Origin: Eledone cirrhosa | Taxonomy: Eukaryota | DNA: 64,000 bases | Direction: 5' to 3' | Assembly: GCA_964016885.1 (NCBI GenBank) | Contig: OZ024741.1 | Span: 187,612,001-187,676,000, forward strand | Part shown: positions 29,206-42,171 of the stretch, piece after piece | How the letters are laid out: each line of letters opens with the position of its first letter | Position numbering within the stretch: the stretch's first letter is position 1 | The notes under the pieces: generated by a model | Seen by the model: the letters and a program-made list of their open reading frames with translations, nothing else | Database searches by the model: none | Told to the model about the DNA's origin: nothing | Made by a program: the position numbers and the translations under genes

Positions 29206-30458
29206 TACACACGTACTAGACTGCATAGACTCAGACAGAGTAGCGATGTAGTAGGAAGAGAAGAAGTCACTTTAGTTGAAGGTCATCGGTGATGCCTGCA
29301 GTTAACACTACTGCTACTAGCTAACGTGTAAGGAGTTTCCTTACGAGGTCGCTCAAGGCGCTAGGCATGGCACAGCTAAATCTCCCCCCAAACCACACCT
29401 TAAATAATGAAGGTACTGAATAATTTATTCTTGGAAAAGTATTTTTTTTAAATATATAGAATTAATAAGACGTATTAGCAACCACGGTTTGAATGTCTAT
29501 TATCATAAATTTGCTCGATCAGAGCTGACTTATGGGGTTGGAGAGTGTGGGTCTCTGAACAACAATTATGTAGTGATAACCTCTCTCCTTTCTTACTACA
29601 TCCATTCCTGTCTATTTTGTCTTGCCTAACCGACGACGTGCTGACGTTCTTCAAACCCCGCCCATCGATGTTTTCCAATTCAAAGCAGGAAAACCACCAT
29701 TACCACTGCCACCACCACCATTACTACTACTACTACTACTACTACTACTACAACAACAACAACAATCGTAACAATGCTAACAGCAACAATATTGACAGCA
29801 GTAACAACATGACCAAAGACGGCAACACCATATACAGGATATTGCGGAAATCGTTGGCGCTAACAAGTGCGGAATTGACCGATGGGGAGAAGGGCAGGTA
29901 ACTCTCGTAGCTAACTAACCTGCATTGGTTTTTGACTGCAATGCAGTGTGGAGTGGTGAGTGGAGGGGCAGAATTTGGAACATTAGGTGCAACCATGCCA
30001 ACAGTATATTATATATTCTTCTGTTCTATAAACTGGTTTCATACTTTGGATGGCAGTCATGCTGGAGCACAGCGTCCAGGAGTCTATAGACGATCATATC
30101 GATCGTAGTACTTGTTATTTCAGTCAAATTTTATTGATCTCTAATTGTCGGACCACTGTGTTACGTGACTTAGAGACATTAAAACACTAATGAACACACA
30201 CACACACACACGCCTAACGAGGGCATAGTCTGAGGCAAGGTCTGCGCAGATGATTAAAACCGGAACCACATGGTTGTGTGGCGAACTTCATACTTGGAGC
30301 CATGCCAGCATAGTTCACACAGATACTCACACATATACATAGATATGTGTGTGTAGATACTTGTAGATATACGCACACAAAGCAGAAGCTACTTATTGTG
30401 ATTGTTTCGGGGTGTAGCCTTTTAGATAACAATAAACGACTAATAACATGATCCATGA

Positions 30459-30530
<72 letters not shown>

Positions 30531-30631
30531 TCAGGTTATCAATAATGTAGTGATAATATATCGTTACGTTAGAGATGAACAGCGTACGTGCAGGTTTGCT
30601 CAACGAGTATAAATTATATTCCGGAGAAATG

Positions 30632-30978
30632 TAGAAAGGATGAATATAAAATGAAAGTGCTTTTGTTAAAAAAGGAATCTATTAGGTATTGACATATGTT
30701 TCTTTGATTAGGCTACGGACGCAGGCGGTTTAGACTCTTAAAGCTATCGCCTGCCCCATGATGCGTTTAGTTTAGTTCGAGGACGCAACGTTGGCCGGGA
30801 GGCCGACGGGCATCGTGTGCCTTCGACCGGCCCCGCACGGGTTAGCGTGGTTCGCCTATGCATTTTGATTAGTAGGCGGAGGGCCGGAGATTGGTACATT
30901 TCGTCTGTTACAGAAACATATGTCAATACCTAATAGATTCCTTTTTTAACAAAAGCACTTTCATTTTATATTCATCCT

Positions 30979-30983
<5 letters not shown>
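30632..30983. mobile_element. Fold-back element with 72-bp perfect inverted arms and a GC-rich structured core
   Basis: 30632-30703 is the exact reverse complement of 30912-30983. Each arm starts with a hammerhead 3' half, GAAA-CATATG-TC. Ends in (TA)n. Confidence 0.8.
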
Positions 30984-31039
<56 letters not shown>

Positions 31040-31969
31040 TGCATACAAACACACACAAGCACATATAAACTCGATCTATTTACTTTCCATAAGGTAAATA
31101 GTAGTAATTTTTAGCATTGACAATCGGCAGACCTGTCAACTCCCACCGTCCGACGGGGAGATCTCCCACTTTGGGGTTGGTGAGAGATGTCTTCTCTTGT
31201 GAAAATGGGTATAAAATCTACCCATTTTACCTCATTTCTCATGGTTCTCTTCGTTTGGGTGTTTGGAGGTCGGTATGTCTGACACACGGACACAAACAAT
31301 GAGGTGAGAATTGTTGAAAACAGTCATTTCAATCGAAGCACCAGTAGTTGACTGATAATTTATTTCAATGACCTCGGAAAGATGAAAGACAAATTTGACC
31401 TTGCCGTGATTCGAACTGACTCGATTAAGTGACGCAACTAAGTGTCGCATAGCATTTTGCTCGAGGTTGGATCATCGATTCTATCACCCACCGCTCCCTT
31501 GTTTATATACACAGGGTGTCCCACATTTCAACAGCATTCTAATAAATATTGCCTGTACAGGTAATTAAAGTGTGTACACATTTTTGGGACACTCTATATA
31601 TAATATGAATGTGTGTATTTGTATGTATATATACATACATACAGAGAGAGAGAGGTGTGGAGGAGGGGGCAGACATTCACATGTATACACATATAACCAT
31701 AATAATTTGAAGTACAAAAGAAAACAAATATTGGGTGTCTATGTATGTATGTGAGGGGTGTCTATTCTCGTTGACCTGCCCCCAACCCATGGGCTGCTGT
31801 CATGCTGGGGATGACCACAATATATAGTGATTGAAGTACAACACACACAGATAAATGAAGTGCTGTAATATCTAGCGTGTAGTAGAAGGTTTGTAGACTG
31901 TACTATGTTTTGTACTGTATAGTAATGTAGTGTAGTGTGTATTATATACCGCGATGGTTAAAGTACCAA

Positions 31970-32413
31970 GTTAAGATCTGGCACGGGATAACCTCTCTTA
32001 ATGAGGGTGGTTGGAGTCACCCTGAGACTTGATTGATAGCCCACCTACTGATGGTGTCAGGATAAAAACACTGGTTTTTTTGCGTTACCTTACAAACGCT
32101 CTCTTCTAACATGCCTTGAGCCAACATGGAAGAGTAAGCTCATAAAATTAACATGAAAAAGTCATCGTTGTATAGAGGAGGTCAACTCAGGACCCTCGAA
32201 GAGTGAACAGGAGGGCACACCAGCCGCCCCAAACTGATGTGACAGCTATGACTAGGGGATCACACCAGCAACCTTGGACTGGTTTGATTTATACGAATAG
32301 AAGAAACACCCAGCTGCTGTTGGTGATCGAACTTTGTGGAGAAAATCTCATGTTGATGTGCAGTCTGCAAATGGCGGAGTTTAGCGTCAAAGTAGCAGTA
32401 GTGGTAGTAGTAG
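31970..32413 (+). mobile_element. Bipartite non-autonomous RTE-derived element with a 5' HDV-like ribozyme fold
   Basis: 5' part folds as P1 GTTAAGA/TCTTAAT, P2 CTGGCAC/GTGTCAG, P4 GGGTGG/CCACCT, J4/2 ACTGA. 3' part translates as RTE C-terminal remnants (SRPKLM, AVGDRTLWRK) and ends in (AGT)n. Confidence 0.5.
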
Positions 32414-32419
32414 ATAACT

Positions 32420-32600
32420 AGACCTGTCAACTCTCCCCGTCGGACGGGGAGATCTCCCACCTACTTTGAGTAGGGTGAGAGATGTCTTCTCTTGTGAAAA
32501 TGGGTATGGCTTTCATTATGTAAAATCTTCCCATTTTGCCTCATTTCTCCACTTTTTTTCGTGATACTGCTCGTTTGGGATTTTAGAGGTTGGCAGGTCT
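32420..32600 (-). mobile_element. ~180-bp MITE family (copies 23780-23955, 24184-24362, 31128-31281, 32856-33031)
   Basis: Termini AGACCTGTCAACTC / GAGGTTGGCAGGTCT and a conserved body (CACAAGAGAAGA..GGGAGATCTCCCC). Confidence 0.7.
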
Positions 32601-33991
32601 GATATAACGTAGTAATGTACAGTAGTGGTGTGTAGTAGTGGTGTGTAGTAGTGTAATAGTGTATTTGTAGTGTTGTGTAATAATTCAATGTAATGGTGTA
32701 GTGTTGTAATGTGTAGTAATGCACTGTAGTGCTGTGTGGTATGTAGTGTAATTGTGTAGTAGTGTATTATTGTGATGTGTAGTGAAGTAGTATGAAGTGT
32801 AATGTTGTGCAGTGTTGTGTTGTGCAGTACTATATTGTAATGGTACATGTGCAAAACTGCCAACCTCTAATAACCCAAACGGAGAGTACCATGAAAAAAA
32901 GAGAAATGAGGCAGAAATGGGGAGATTTTACATAATGGAAGCTATACCTATTTTTACAAGAGAAGACACCTCTCACCTACCCCAAAGAGGGTGGGAGATC
33001 TCCCCATCAGATGGGGAGAGTTGACAGTTCTAAATATGTGATATGTAATCTATATGTGTATGCATGTGTAGTATGGTATAAATACATTTTATGGTATAAT
33101 AATTGTTTCTACTTTTGGCACAAGGCCAGCAATTACTCAGTGTATTACTGGTACTTTATTTTATCGACCCCGTAAGGATGAAAGGCAAAGTTAACCCCAG
33201 CGAATTTGGTATAATAATGTAGTATAATGTGATAAATTGGTATAGATGTAGCGCTATATAATGTGTATAGTACGCATAAAATAAATTTAATAATGTAGCG
33301 TAAGGTCATGATGATGATGATGATGATGAGGTGGATCATGACAATATATTTCTGTCATGATATTTCAAATGTCAATAAGTATATGTATGTATACATACAC
33401 ATACACACACATATATATATAATTGTTTCTACTTTAGGCACAAGGCCAGCAATTACCCAATGCATTACTGGTACTTTATTTTATCGACCCCGTAAGGATG
33501 AAAGGCAAAGTCAACCTCGGCGGGATTTGAACTCAGATCGTAAAGGGACGTAACTATGCTGGAAAGCAGGGCGTCTGACCCTCTACCGATACTGCCAATC
33601 CACACACATATATATATAATGCATGTAAGTATATATATATATTATATGCATGTAAGTATATATATATTATATATATGCATGTAAGTATGTATATATATAT
33701 ATATATATATACCATAATGTTTTGATTGTTTTTGCCCGGGGGTGGGGGGGGGGGATAGATAAATGGTTCAAATGAATCTAATGACCTGGTTTGCGGGAAG
33801 CAACAGTGTTGTACTAAGATCAAAACTGTAATAGCATTGTATATGTGTGTGTGTATATATATATATATGACTTCTACAGGACTAGAACTGTTTCATTTCT
33901 ATATACAATAAAGATGCCTTTACTCTACCAACGTGTTGAGTACCTTTTTTAAACTGTGGCTACACTCCCCCTCATATATATATATATATAA

Positions 33992-34208
33992 ATTTCATTT
34001 GTACCGTTTCCTCTCACCTCCTTTTTTCTATAAGTCTCTCCACCACTCCCCTACACACCCATGGAACTCTCTTCCCACACACTTTTCGCCTGAAGAAGGG
34101 CTTATGCCCGAAACATCGTTTCCCACCACCACCCCACTCTCAAGAGCGTGAAACTAATAAACCTTTGTTCGTACTGCCTCTCCGTTTTGTTCCCGTTCAA
34201 TTTTTCAC
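33992..34208 (+). mobile_element. Second copy of the 36441 hammerhead-core element
   Basis: CTGAAGA-A-GGGC-TTAT-GCCC-GAAA-CA-TC at about 34090-34117, AATAAA at about 34156, bounded by (TA)n on both sides. Confidence 0.6.
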
Positions 34209-34301
34209 TATATATATATATATATATATATTAGAAAGTGAGGTTTTTTTTACAAAATGAAAAATAACCGGTGTCCTACACGAGTGAAAGTATAAAGAAA
34301 A

Positions 34302-34477
34302 AAAGATGAAATCGAAAATGCAACTGGAGTCTTCTTTTTTTTAAATATATATACAGACCCTCCATCTCAACTCTACTTTTGAAAAGCAGAAGAACTGCGA
34401 AACCGGTAAAGGAACCAAATAAATATATATATATTTTTTTTAAATAAGACTCCAGTTGCATTTTCGATTTCATCTTT
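34302..34477. mobile_element. Fold-back element (32-bp perfect arms) containing a decayed hammerhead
   Basis: Arms 34302-34333 and 34446-34477. Internal CTT-TTGAAAA-GCAG-AAGAA-CTGC-GAAA-CCGG-TA|AAG at 34376-34411. Confidence 0.55.
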
Positions 34478-34481
34478 ATAT

Positions 34482-34714
34482 ATATAAGATCAAAAGATGG
34501 TTAAAAGAGTTCCATGTATTTTATTATGCGCATTTCAAAAACAAATATCATCATGCAATAACATTTGCGTTTTCGTCAGATAAAATAGGGAGACATGATA
34601 TGAAGGTTAAAACACACTTGTGAATAGTGCAGTTTTAAATCAACATATGAAAAGTAGTTGAAATGCGCATAATAAAATATATGGAACTCTTTTAACCATC
34701 TTTTGATCTTATAT
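34482..34714. mobile_element. Fold-back element: full hammerhead (-) plus an inverted copy of its 3' half
   Basis: About 57-bp arms 34482-34538 and 34658-34714 with one mismatch. The right arm begins at TTGAAATGCGCATA|ATAAAATA. Confidence 0.75.
34517..34587 (-). ncRNA. Minimal type I hammerhead ribozyme, intact
   Basis: TATTTTAT-CTGACGA-[36-nt stem II, 15 of 16 pairs including 4 G.U, loop GCAU]-GAAA-TGCGCA-TA|ATAAAATA. Perfect 8-bp stem I, palindromic stem III, AUA cleavage triplet. Confidence 0.85.
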
Positions 34715-34805
34715 ATTATTATTTATACTCCAGTCCTACAAACTGTAGAGTGCTACTTATCCGATATCTGCATTGCTTTATTGTACTACAATAAAACTCA
34801 CCTCC

Positions 34806-34862
<57 letters not shown>

Positions 34863-35647
34863 TACGCTGACAAAGCATTATCTGATACAGAACTCTTTAT
34901 ATAAAATCAAAAAATATATTTCATTTTATAACAGATACCGAAGCGTTAACTAAGAAAGTGAGCAAGTTAAAAGATTTGAAATTTATTTGGTTTCATTAAG
35001 AAAAGCTGCCACAATTCATATATTAACTAAGTGGAGTAAATTACTCTTCGAAGCGAAGGTAAGGGTGAGGGTGAGAGATATGCAGAGCCACCTGCAAGAA
35101 TCGAACCATGCATCTGCCGTACGCAGCCTGTTTGCTTGTTATGTTTACAAATGTCGTACAATAGACACAAAAGTACACATTGCATGATTGTTATATTAGC
35201 AGTATTTCAATGTCGTCGTCTCGTTTAAGTCAACTGAGAAGGGACAGCAGACCAGACATGGCGTGTTGGACAAATAATTAATACTTAATTACATACATAC
35301 ACACATACACACACACAATGTATATATTATGATGTATGTGTGTATGTATGCAAGTATGTTTGCATGCTCAGATCTGTGCATTGATGTGTGTGTGTGTATA
35401 TATACATACTTTGCTTGTCTATATCTATATATACATAGACATGTGTGCACATGTATGAGTCTACACGGAATCAGTTAATATCTTTATATATACATACGTA
35501 TGCGCTTGTATATATGAATATATATATATATGCAGAGGTTATATTTAATTTTTAAAAAATGTATAACTTATATAAAGCACTCAACAAGTTAGTGGAGTAA
35601 ATATACAATATATTAATAAATGGAAACTATATTTATAAAACCATATT

Positions 35648-35713
35648 TATTTTATTATACATATTTCAAGGGCAACCAAGGCAAATTATGGTGCGCTTTC
35701 ATCAGATTAATAT
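35648..35713 (-). ncRNA. Hammerhead ribozyme, same family as 49173, weakened stem I
   Basis: CTGATGA-AAGCGCACCA..TGGTTGCCCTT-GAAA-TATGTA-TA|ATAAAATA. The ~50-nt 3' flank (35601-35655) is the reverse complement of 49230-49280. Confidence 0.65.
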
Positions 35714-36227
35714 ATTGTATATATATATATATATATAACTGACTCCCTCTACACTCATTATATTTAGTGTGTGTATGTGTGCATACATAAATATGTAAAA
35801 CATGTACACGAGGAATATATGTATGTATGTATGTATGTAGATAGTGTGGTCTATGCATGCTTGTATTGTGTAGTACGTGTCTACTAGTTATAGTTCACCC
35901 CACCATGCCCTAGCTCCTATCTCACCCTCTCCCTCTCCTTCTCCCTCTCATATAAGGGTATCACCAATTCCTTCCTGTCTTTCCTCACTTTACCAAAGCC
36001 ACATTTCCATAGTTGCTATAGCAATCAATAATCGATCGGAAATCGTTATCTAACGGTAACCATGGTTACATACAAGGCTTGTTGTACATTCCTTGTGAAC
36101 TTGATAATTGAATTAAGACTTTCTTAAACACAGCAACACAATAACGTTTTACATACAAATGTGCGTGTGTATATGTATGTATCTATCTATCTATATATAT
36201 GTATATATGTGTATATATATGTATATA

Positions 36228-36291
<64 letters not shown>

Positions 36292-36404
36292 TACACTACG
36301 TTATACGCGAACATATATAAATGCAGACATATTACTTGTTTACATATATATATATATATATTTATACACATTCATATATACAAACACGTGTGGTGTATGG
36401 TATG

Positions 36405-36440
<36 letters not shown>

Positions 36441-36442
<2 letters not shown>

Positions 36443-36569
36443 GGAAAAATTTGAACAGGAACAAAACAGAGAGGCAGTACAACGAATGTTTATTAATTTC
36501 ACGCTCTGGAGAGTGGGGTGGTGGTGGGGAACGACGTTTCGGGCATAAGCCCTTCCTCAGGTGAGAAGT
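36441..36569 (-). mobile_element. Short Penelope-like/retrozyme-like fragment with hammerhead core and (TA)n 3' junction
   Basis: CTGAGGA-A-GGGC-TTAT-GCCC-GAAA-CG-TC, then AATAAA and a (TA)n tract. Homologous to 34081-34208 (+). Absent from the duplicated flank at 38593-38711. Confidence 0.65.
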
Positions 36570-36655
36570 ATGGTGTTCCCTCAGAATATGACAGTGTATT
36601 GATTCTGCTACGATGTAATCACTCCTCCTCCATCTATCCACCATGTCACTTCAAT

Positions 36656-36851
36656 CAGGGCCGTCTTAACGCCCGGGCACGCTGGGCAGTTGCCCGGGGG
36701 CCCGACGAGGATAGGAGGAGGAGGGGGGGGGGGGCATTTGTATTTGTATTCCTGTGAGTGGTTGCGTAGGTAGGGGGCCCCAGTGCTCTGCTTTGCCCGG
36801 GAGGTTGGGGGGGGGGGGGGGGGGGGCTATAATGCTGTTAAGACGACCCTG
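36656..36851. mobile_element. hAT-type MITE
   Basis: TIRs CAGGGCCGTCTTAAC / GTTAAGACGACCCTG and a perfect 8-bp target duplication ACTTCAAT (36648-36655, 36852-36859). Confidence 0.85.
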
Positions 36852-37464
36852 ACTTCAATATCAATATGATCATCACCAGAACCAATAACACATGTCAATC
36901 GACCTACTAGAAATAGCAGCTATATCTCCATCAATTCTCTCGAGTAAGGAAAAGACACACTGGATAATATAGTCATACATATCCTCAAAAGACGGAATGG
37001 TGGTGGTTATAATGTCTTTAGTCGTGGTTCTGCCTGGGCTAAATCACTGCTACTACTATTGTTACAATCACTAGTACCAACTACTACTAGTACCATCACA
37101 GCTACCAACTACTACTAGTACCATCACAGCTACCAACTACTACTAGTACCATCACTGCTACCAACTACTGCAATTACTACCACTACTACAAAATACTACT
37201 ATTACAATCACAACTACTACCAACTACTATACTTACTACTACTACTACCAACGACTATAATTACTACTACTACTACTACCAACGACTATAATTACTACTA
37301 TTACTACCACTATTACAAACTACTACTATTACAATCACTACTACCAACTACTATAATTACTACTACTACATTCACTACTATTACTACTACCAACTACTAT
37401 AATTAGTACTACTATCACTACCACTACTACTACTATGATCACTATTACCAACTGCTACTATAAT

Positions 37465-37495
<31 letters not shown>

Positions 37496-37774
37496 AAATT
37501 GACATAAGAAGGCGGGGCAAAAAAGTTTATTTCCCCAGACAACATAGTAATGTCACCAAGACTCAAATCCCACGAAGTCAGGTTGACTATATTAAGAAAC
37601 GGCAATTGTCATAGCAAAACAGCAAACAGTTAACGAAATAAATTATTGATCTTCATCAGCACCAGCACCACCACCACTACAATCGACGCCATTATTTGAC
37701 TTTGCTAATATTTTAAGGAGACGGGCATGACAGACACAACAACTGATTTCCCTCACTCTCCCACAAACATTAGT

Positions 37775-37839
<65 letters not shown>

Positions 37840-37853
37840 TATATATATAACCA

Positions 37854-37893
<40 letters not shown>

Positions 37894-37898
37894 CCACC

Positions 37899-37945
<47 letters not shown>

Positions 37946-38262
37946 TATAATAACCATCATAGTTGTCACCATTAATTATAAATCATAATTATCATTATGT
38001 ATTATTTAGTCCACTACTAAGTGTGCAAAAAAATAATTCTAAAAAATATCCGCATGTCCACCGAAAGGCTTTCGTAAATGATCAAACAGGAATATATATA
38101 TAAAGGGTGCCCCCAAAATAGTCTGCACACTTTTATTAGAATGCTGTTGAAGTGTGTATACATTTTTTGGGACATCCTATATATATATAAAGGGTGCCCC
38201 CAAAATAGTCTGCACACTTTTATTAGAATGCTGTTGAAGTGTGTATACATTTTTTGGGACAT

Positions 38263-38357
<95 letters not shown>

Positions 38358-38445
38358 TTCCCGACAGCATTCGTTAGCTTGCCCGCAACCAGAGCTTCGA
38401 TTATGCTGTACTACCTTCTTGTATTTATATATATATATATATATA

Positions 38446-38477
<32 letters not shown>

Positions 38478-39365
38478 ATATATATAATATAATATATATA
38501 TATAATATATATATATATAATATATATATATAATATATATATATACATATAATATATATATATAATATACATAATATATAATACATAATATATATAAATG
38601 CAGACATATTACTTGTTTACATATATATATATATATTTATACACATACATATATACAAACACGTGTGGTGTATGGTATGATAATATATATATATGGTGTT
38701 CCCTCAGAATATTATATATATATATAATATATATATATTATATATATATTATATATATATATATTATATATATATATTATATATATATATATTATATATA
38801 TATATATATATTATGTATTATAAGTAGGCCGAATTTGCTTGCAAATTCGGCCTACTTATATGAAATGATGAGTTAGCAAAGCACTCGATAAGTTAGGTCC
38901 TTAGAGTAATAACATACGTTTAAATAGCTTGACAAATCTAACATTGTGGTAGGCAGAATCTAACCCACAATAATATACCAAAGTAACGATGGAACTAACA
39001 ATATATATATATATATATATATACTGAGAGACAGAGAGGCAGACAAGCAATTGAGCAAATGGGTAAGTTGACAGCACTCAATACGTTGTGTACAGTATTT
39101 ATTTTTGTAGTTTAGCAGTCAGTGATTCACACTGACTTTACTCAGAGTTTCTCAGACATACTATGCACACGTGTCTCTTCTTGCATGGATAAGGAACCTC
39201 CTTTCTGGCGGATTGCTCACCATACTCCACTTTCTACAGAAATCTAAAAAATATACACGCGCCTACGTGTACAAGCAACTCAGAGTAACCCCTTGGGGTA
39301 GTCTACTGCTAAGCTAAGCTACATACACACACAGTTTTAAAGTAAATTATAGCTTACTCGCGCGC

Positions 39366-39503
<138 letters not shown>

Positions 39504-39831
39504 AGTACACAAACATATATTTATATGTTATTTGATTTCTTTGCATATTTATTTCAAATCCGCATTCAATCTGCGCAAATCCATGAAATAAATTCTTGGC
39601 AAAAGGGGGCTTCCGTATATTTTTAGTCTTTAGACGGGGTTAGTGGTATCAATAATATATAATACAAATGTTGCGGTACAACCAACATAAATTAAATCTA
39701 TAAATCTATAAATAAACACTCCCTCTCTCACTCCTGCACATACACCTCGTTCGTTTTGTAGTAAAACGTGGAATGCCTTTTCGCGTTTAGCCGGCCATAG
39801 CTTCATTATATATACATCAGAGACAACATTG

Positions 39832-39906
<75 letters not shown>

Positions 39907-40269
39907 CATACACGGCCATTGAGGTTCAATTTGCGTTCCATCGTTTCGGGGTCGAATAAAGTAAGTACCAGCCCGGTGGTAGATGTTCAACTGGATCAAA
40001 GAGCATGTAGAAAGTCTTTCGCAAGTAACATCTTGAACGAAAGCATGGTACCTATTAAGAGGTTATACATATAGTGCAGTTTATATAAAGAAATTTGCCC
40101 ACTGTTCCGCGCCATAGGTTTGAACCCGAGCCCAAGTGGGAGAAAAGCAAACATCGTTAACCACAACACTGCCATATCTAGCACACTTATAGATAGGTAA
40201 ACTGTCGTATCTCAATTTAGTATATCACTGTCGTATCAATGTACAGCTAGGAAGACTGCTTTAAAACCA

Positions 40270-41075
40270 CTTCCTTACAGAGATACCTACCTATGGTACT
40301 TCCTTACATGATACCTACCTATGGTACTTCTTACAACTAAGTAAACTAATGTACCTCACCGTGGTGTCTACTTACAAGTAGGTGCATTGTAGTACTTATT
40401 GTGGTATCTACATACAGCTAGATAGACTGTACCTTACTGAATTATCTACTTACATCTAGGGAAATTGTAGTACTTACTGTGGTATCTACGAATATCTAGG
40501 TAAACTGTACCTCACTGTGGTACCTACTTATAACTAGGTAAGCTGTACCTTACTGTGGATACCTACTTACAAGGTAAGCTGTAACTTACTGAGGTACCTA
40601 CTTACAGCTAGGCAGAGTGTACCTTACTGTGGTACCTACAAACAACTAGATAAAGTGTACCAAGTTACAGCTTAGAATGTACACTTTAGTACCTAATAAC
40701 AGCTAGGCAGAGTGTACCTTACTGTGGTACCTACAAACAACTAGATAAAGTGTACCAAGTTACAGCTTAGAATGTACACTTTAGTACCTAATAAAAGCTA
40801 GGTAGAGTCTACCTTAATGTGGTACCTACTAACAGCTAGGTAAGCTGTATCTTACTGTGGTACATATAAACAACTAGGTAAAGTGTATCTTACTGTAGTA
40901 CCTACTTACAGCTTAGGATTTATCTTACCTACAAACAGCTAGGTAAGCTATACCTACTAACAGTTAGAAAAGCTATACCTTTCTGTGGTACCTACCTACA
41001 ACTAGATAAAGTATACCTTACTGTGGTACTTGTTTATAACTAGATAAGCTGTACCTTACTGTGGTATCTACTTGA
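40270..41075. repeat. Degenerate ~36-38-bp minisatellite
   Basis: Consensus TACCTACTTACAACTAGGTAAGCTGTACCTTACTGTGG. Confidence 0.85.
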
Positions 41076-41765
41076 CAAGCTGTAGCAACAAGAACACAAC
41101 ATTAACAAAACCAACACCACTACAAGAAAGAATAGCAACAAAAGCAATAACAACAATCAGAACTGTTACAACAATGAGCCTGAATGTGGTCTCTTGAACT
41201 GCTAGAAATAATTTTTATATCTTCTTCAAATCACAGTCCACCGTCTTTAAAATATGATGGGCATACATCAAATAAATAATGTAGATTAAGATTATCCCCC
41301 AAAACGACAGGATGATCATGGCTGGAATGCCTTTGAGTTGTGTGAGTATCTGGATCTATTCTGTATGTGTTCGCTTGTATGCGACAGCATATATTTGTCA
41401 ATGTATGCGTGTAGGCAAGTCTGGTCGTGTGTATGTGTGTTTCGTGCATTTTCCTTTAGATGTGGGGTTAAATAAAAACGATCGTCATCATCATCATCAT
41501 CACCACCCCCGCCGTCATCACTCCCGTTTTTGCCATATTTTCAGCTAGGTTAATATAACATCATTGCTATAGAAGAAATATGTCTATGTTTATATTTATT
41601 TCCTTTTATATCCAGTAATAGCCATGTATAAAATATCAATACTGGCAATTAAGGGTTAAGGAAGAGATGATCGTAAACTATTGACAGTCTATGTAATCCT
41701 CGATGTTGCGAGCTGTCAAAGTAACCTGGCGAACTTCAGGCCTTAATTCAGAAATGTGTGTGCAT

Positions 41766-41865
<100 letters not shown>

Positions 41866-42140
41866 TGTTGGATATCGTAATTCTCAGTGAGACTCAATGT
41901 GACACTGTGTGACAAGGCTGAGCCCCTGAATTACAGACACGACTTATTTTTGACTGCTGACTGAACGAGATCAAAGTAAAATCAAGGGTTTTGCTCAAGG
42001 ACAAAACGCGTTATTGGGTGTCGAACGCACGACCTAACAATCGTGAACCAAACACAGCCACGTGCGTTCACTCTGGTACACACCTATATGCATGTATACA
42101 TGGTGTATGTGTACACCACACACACACATACATACATACT

Positions 42141-42171
<31 letters not shown>

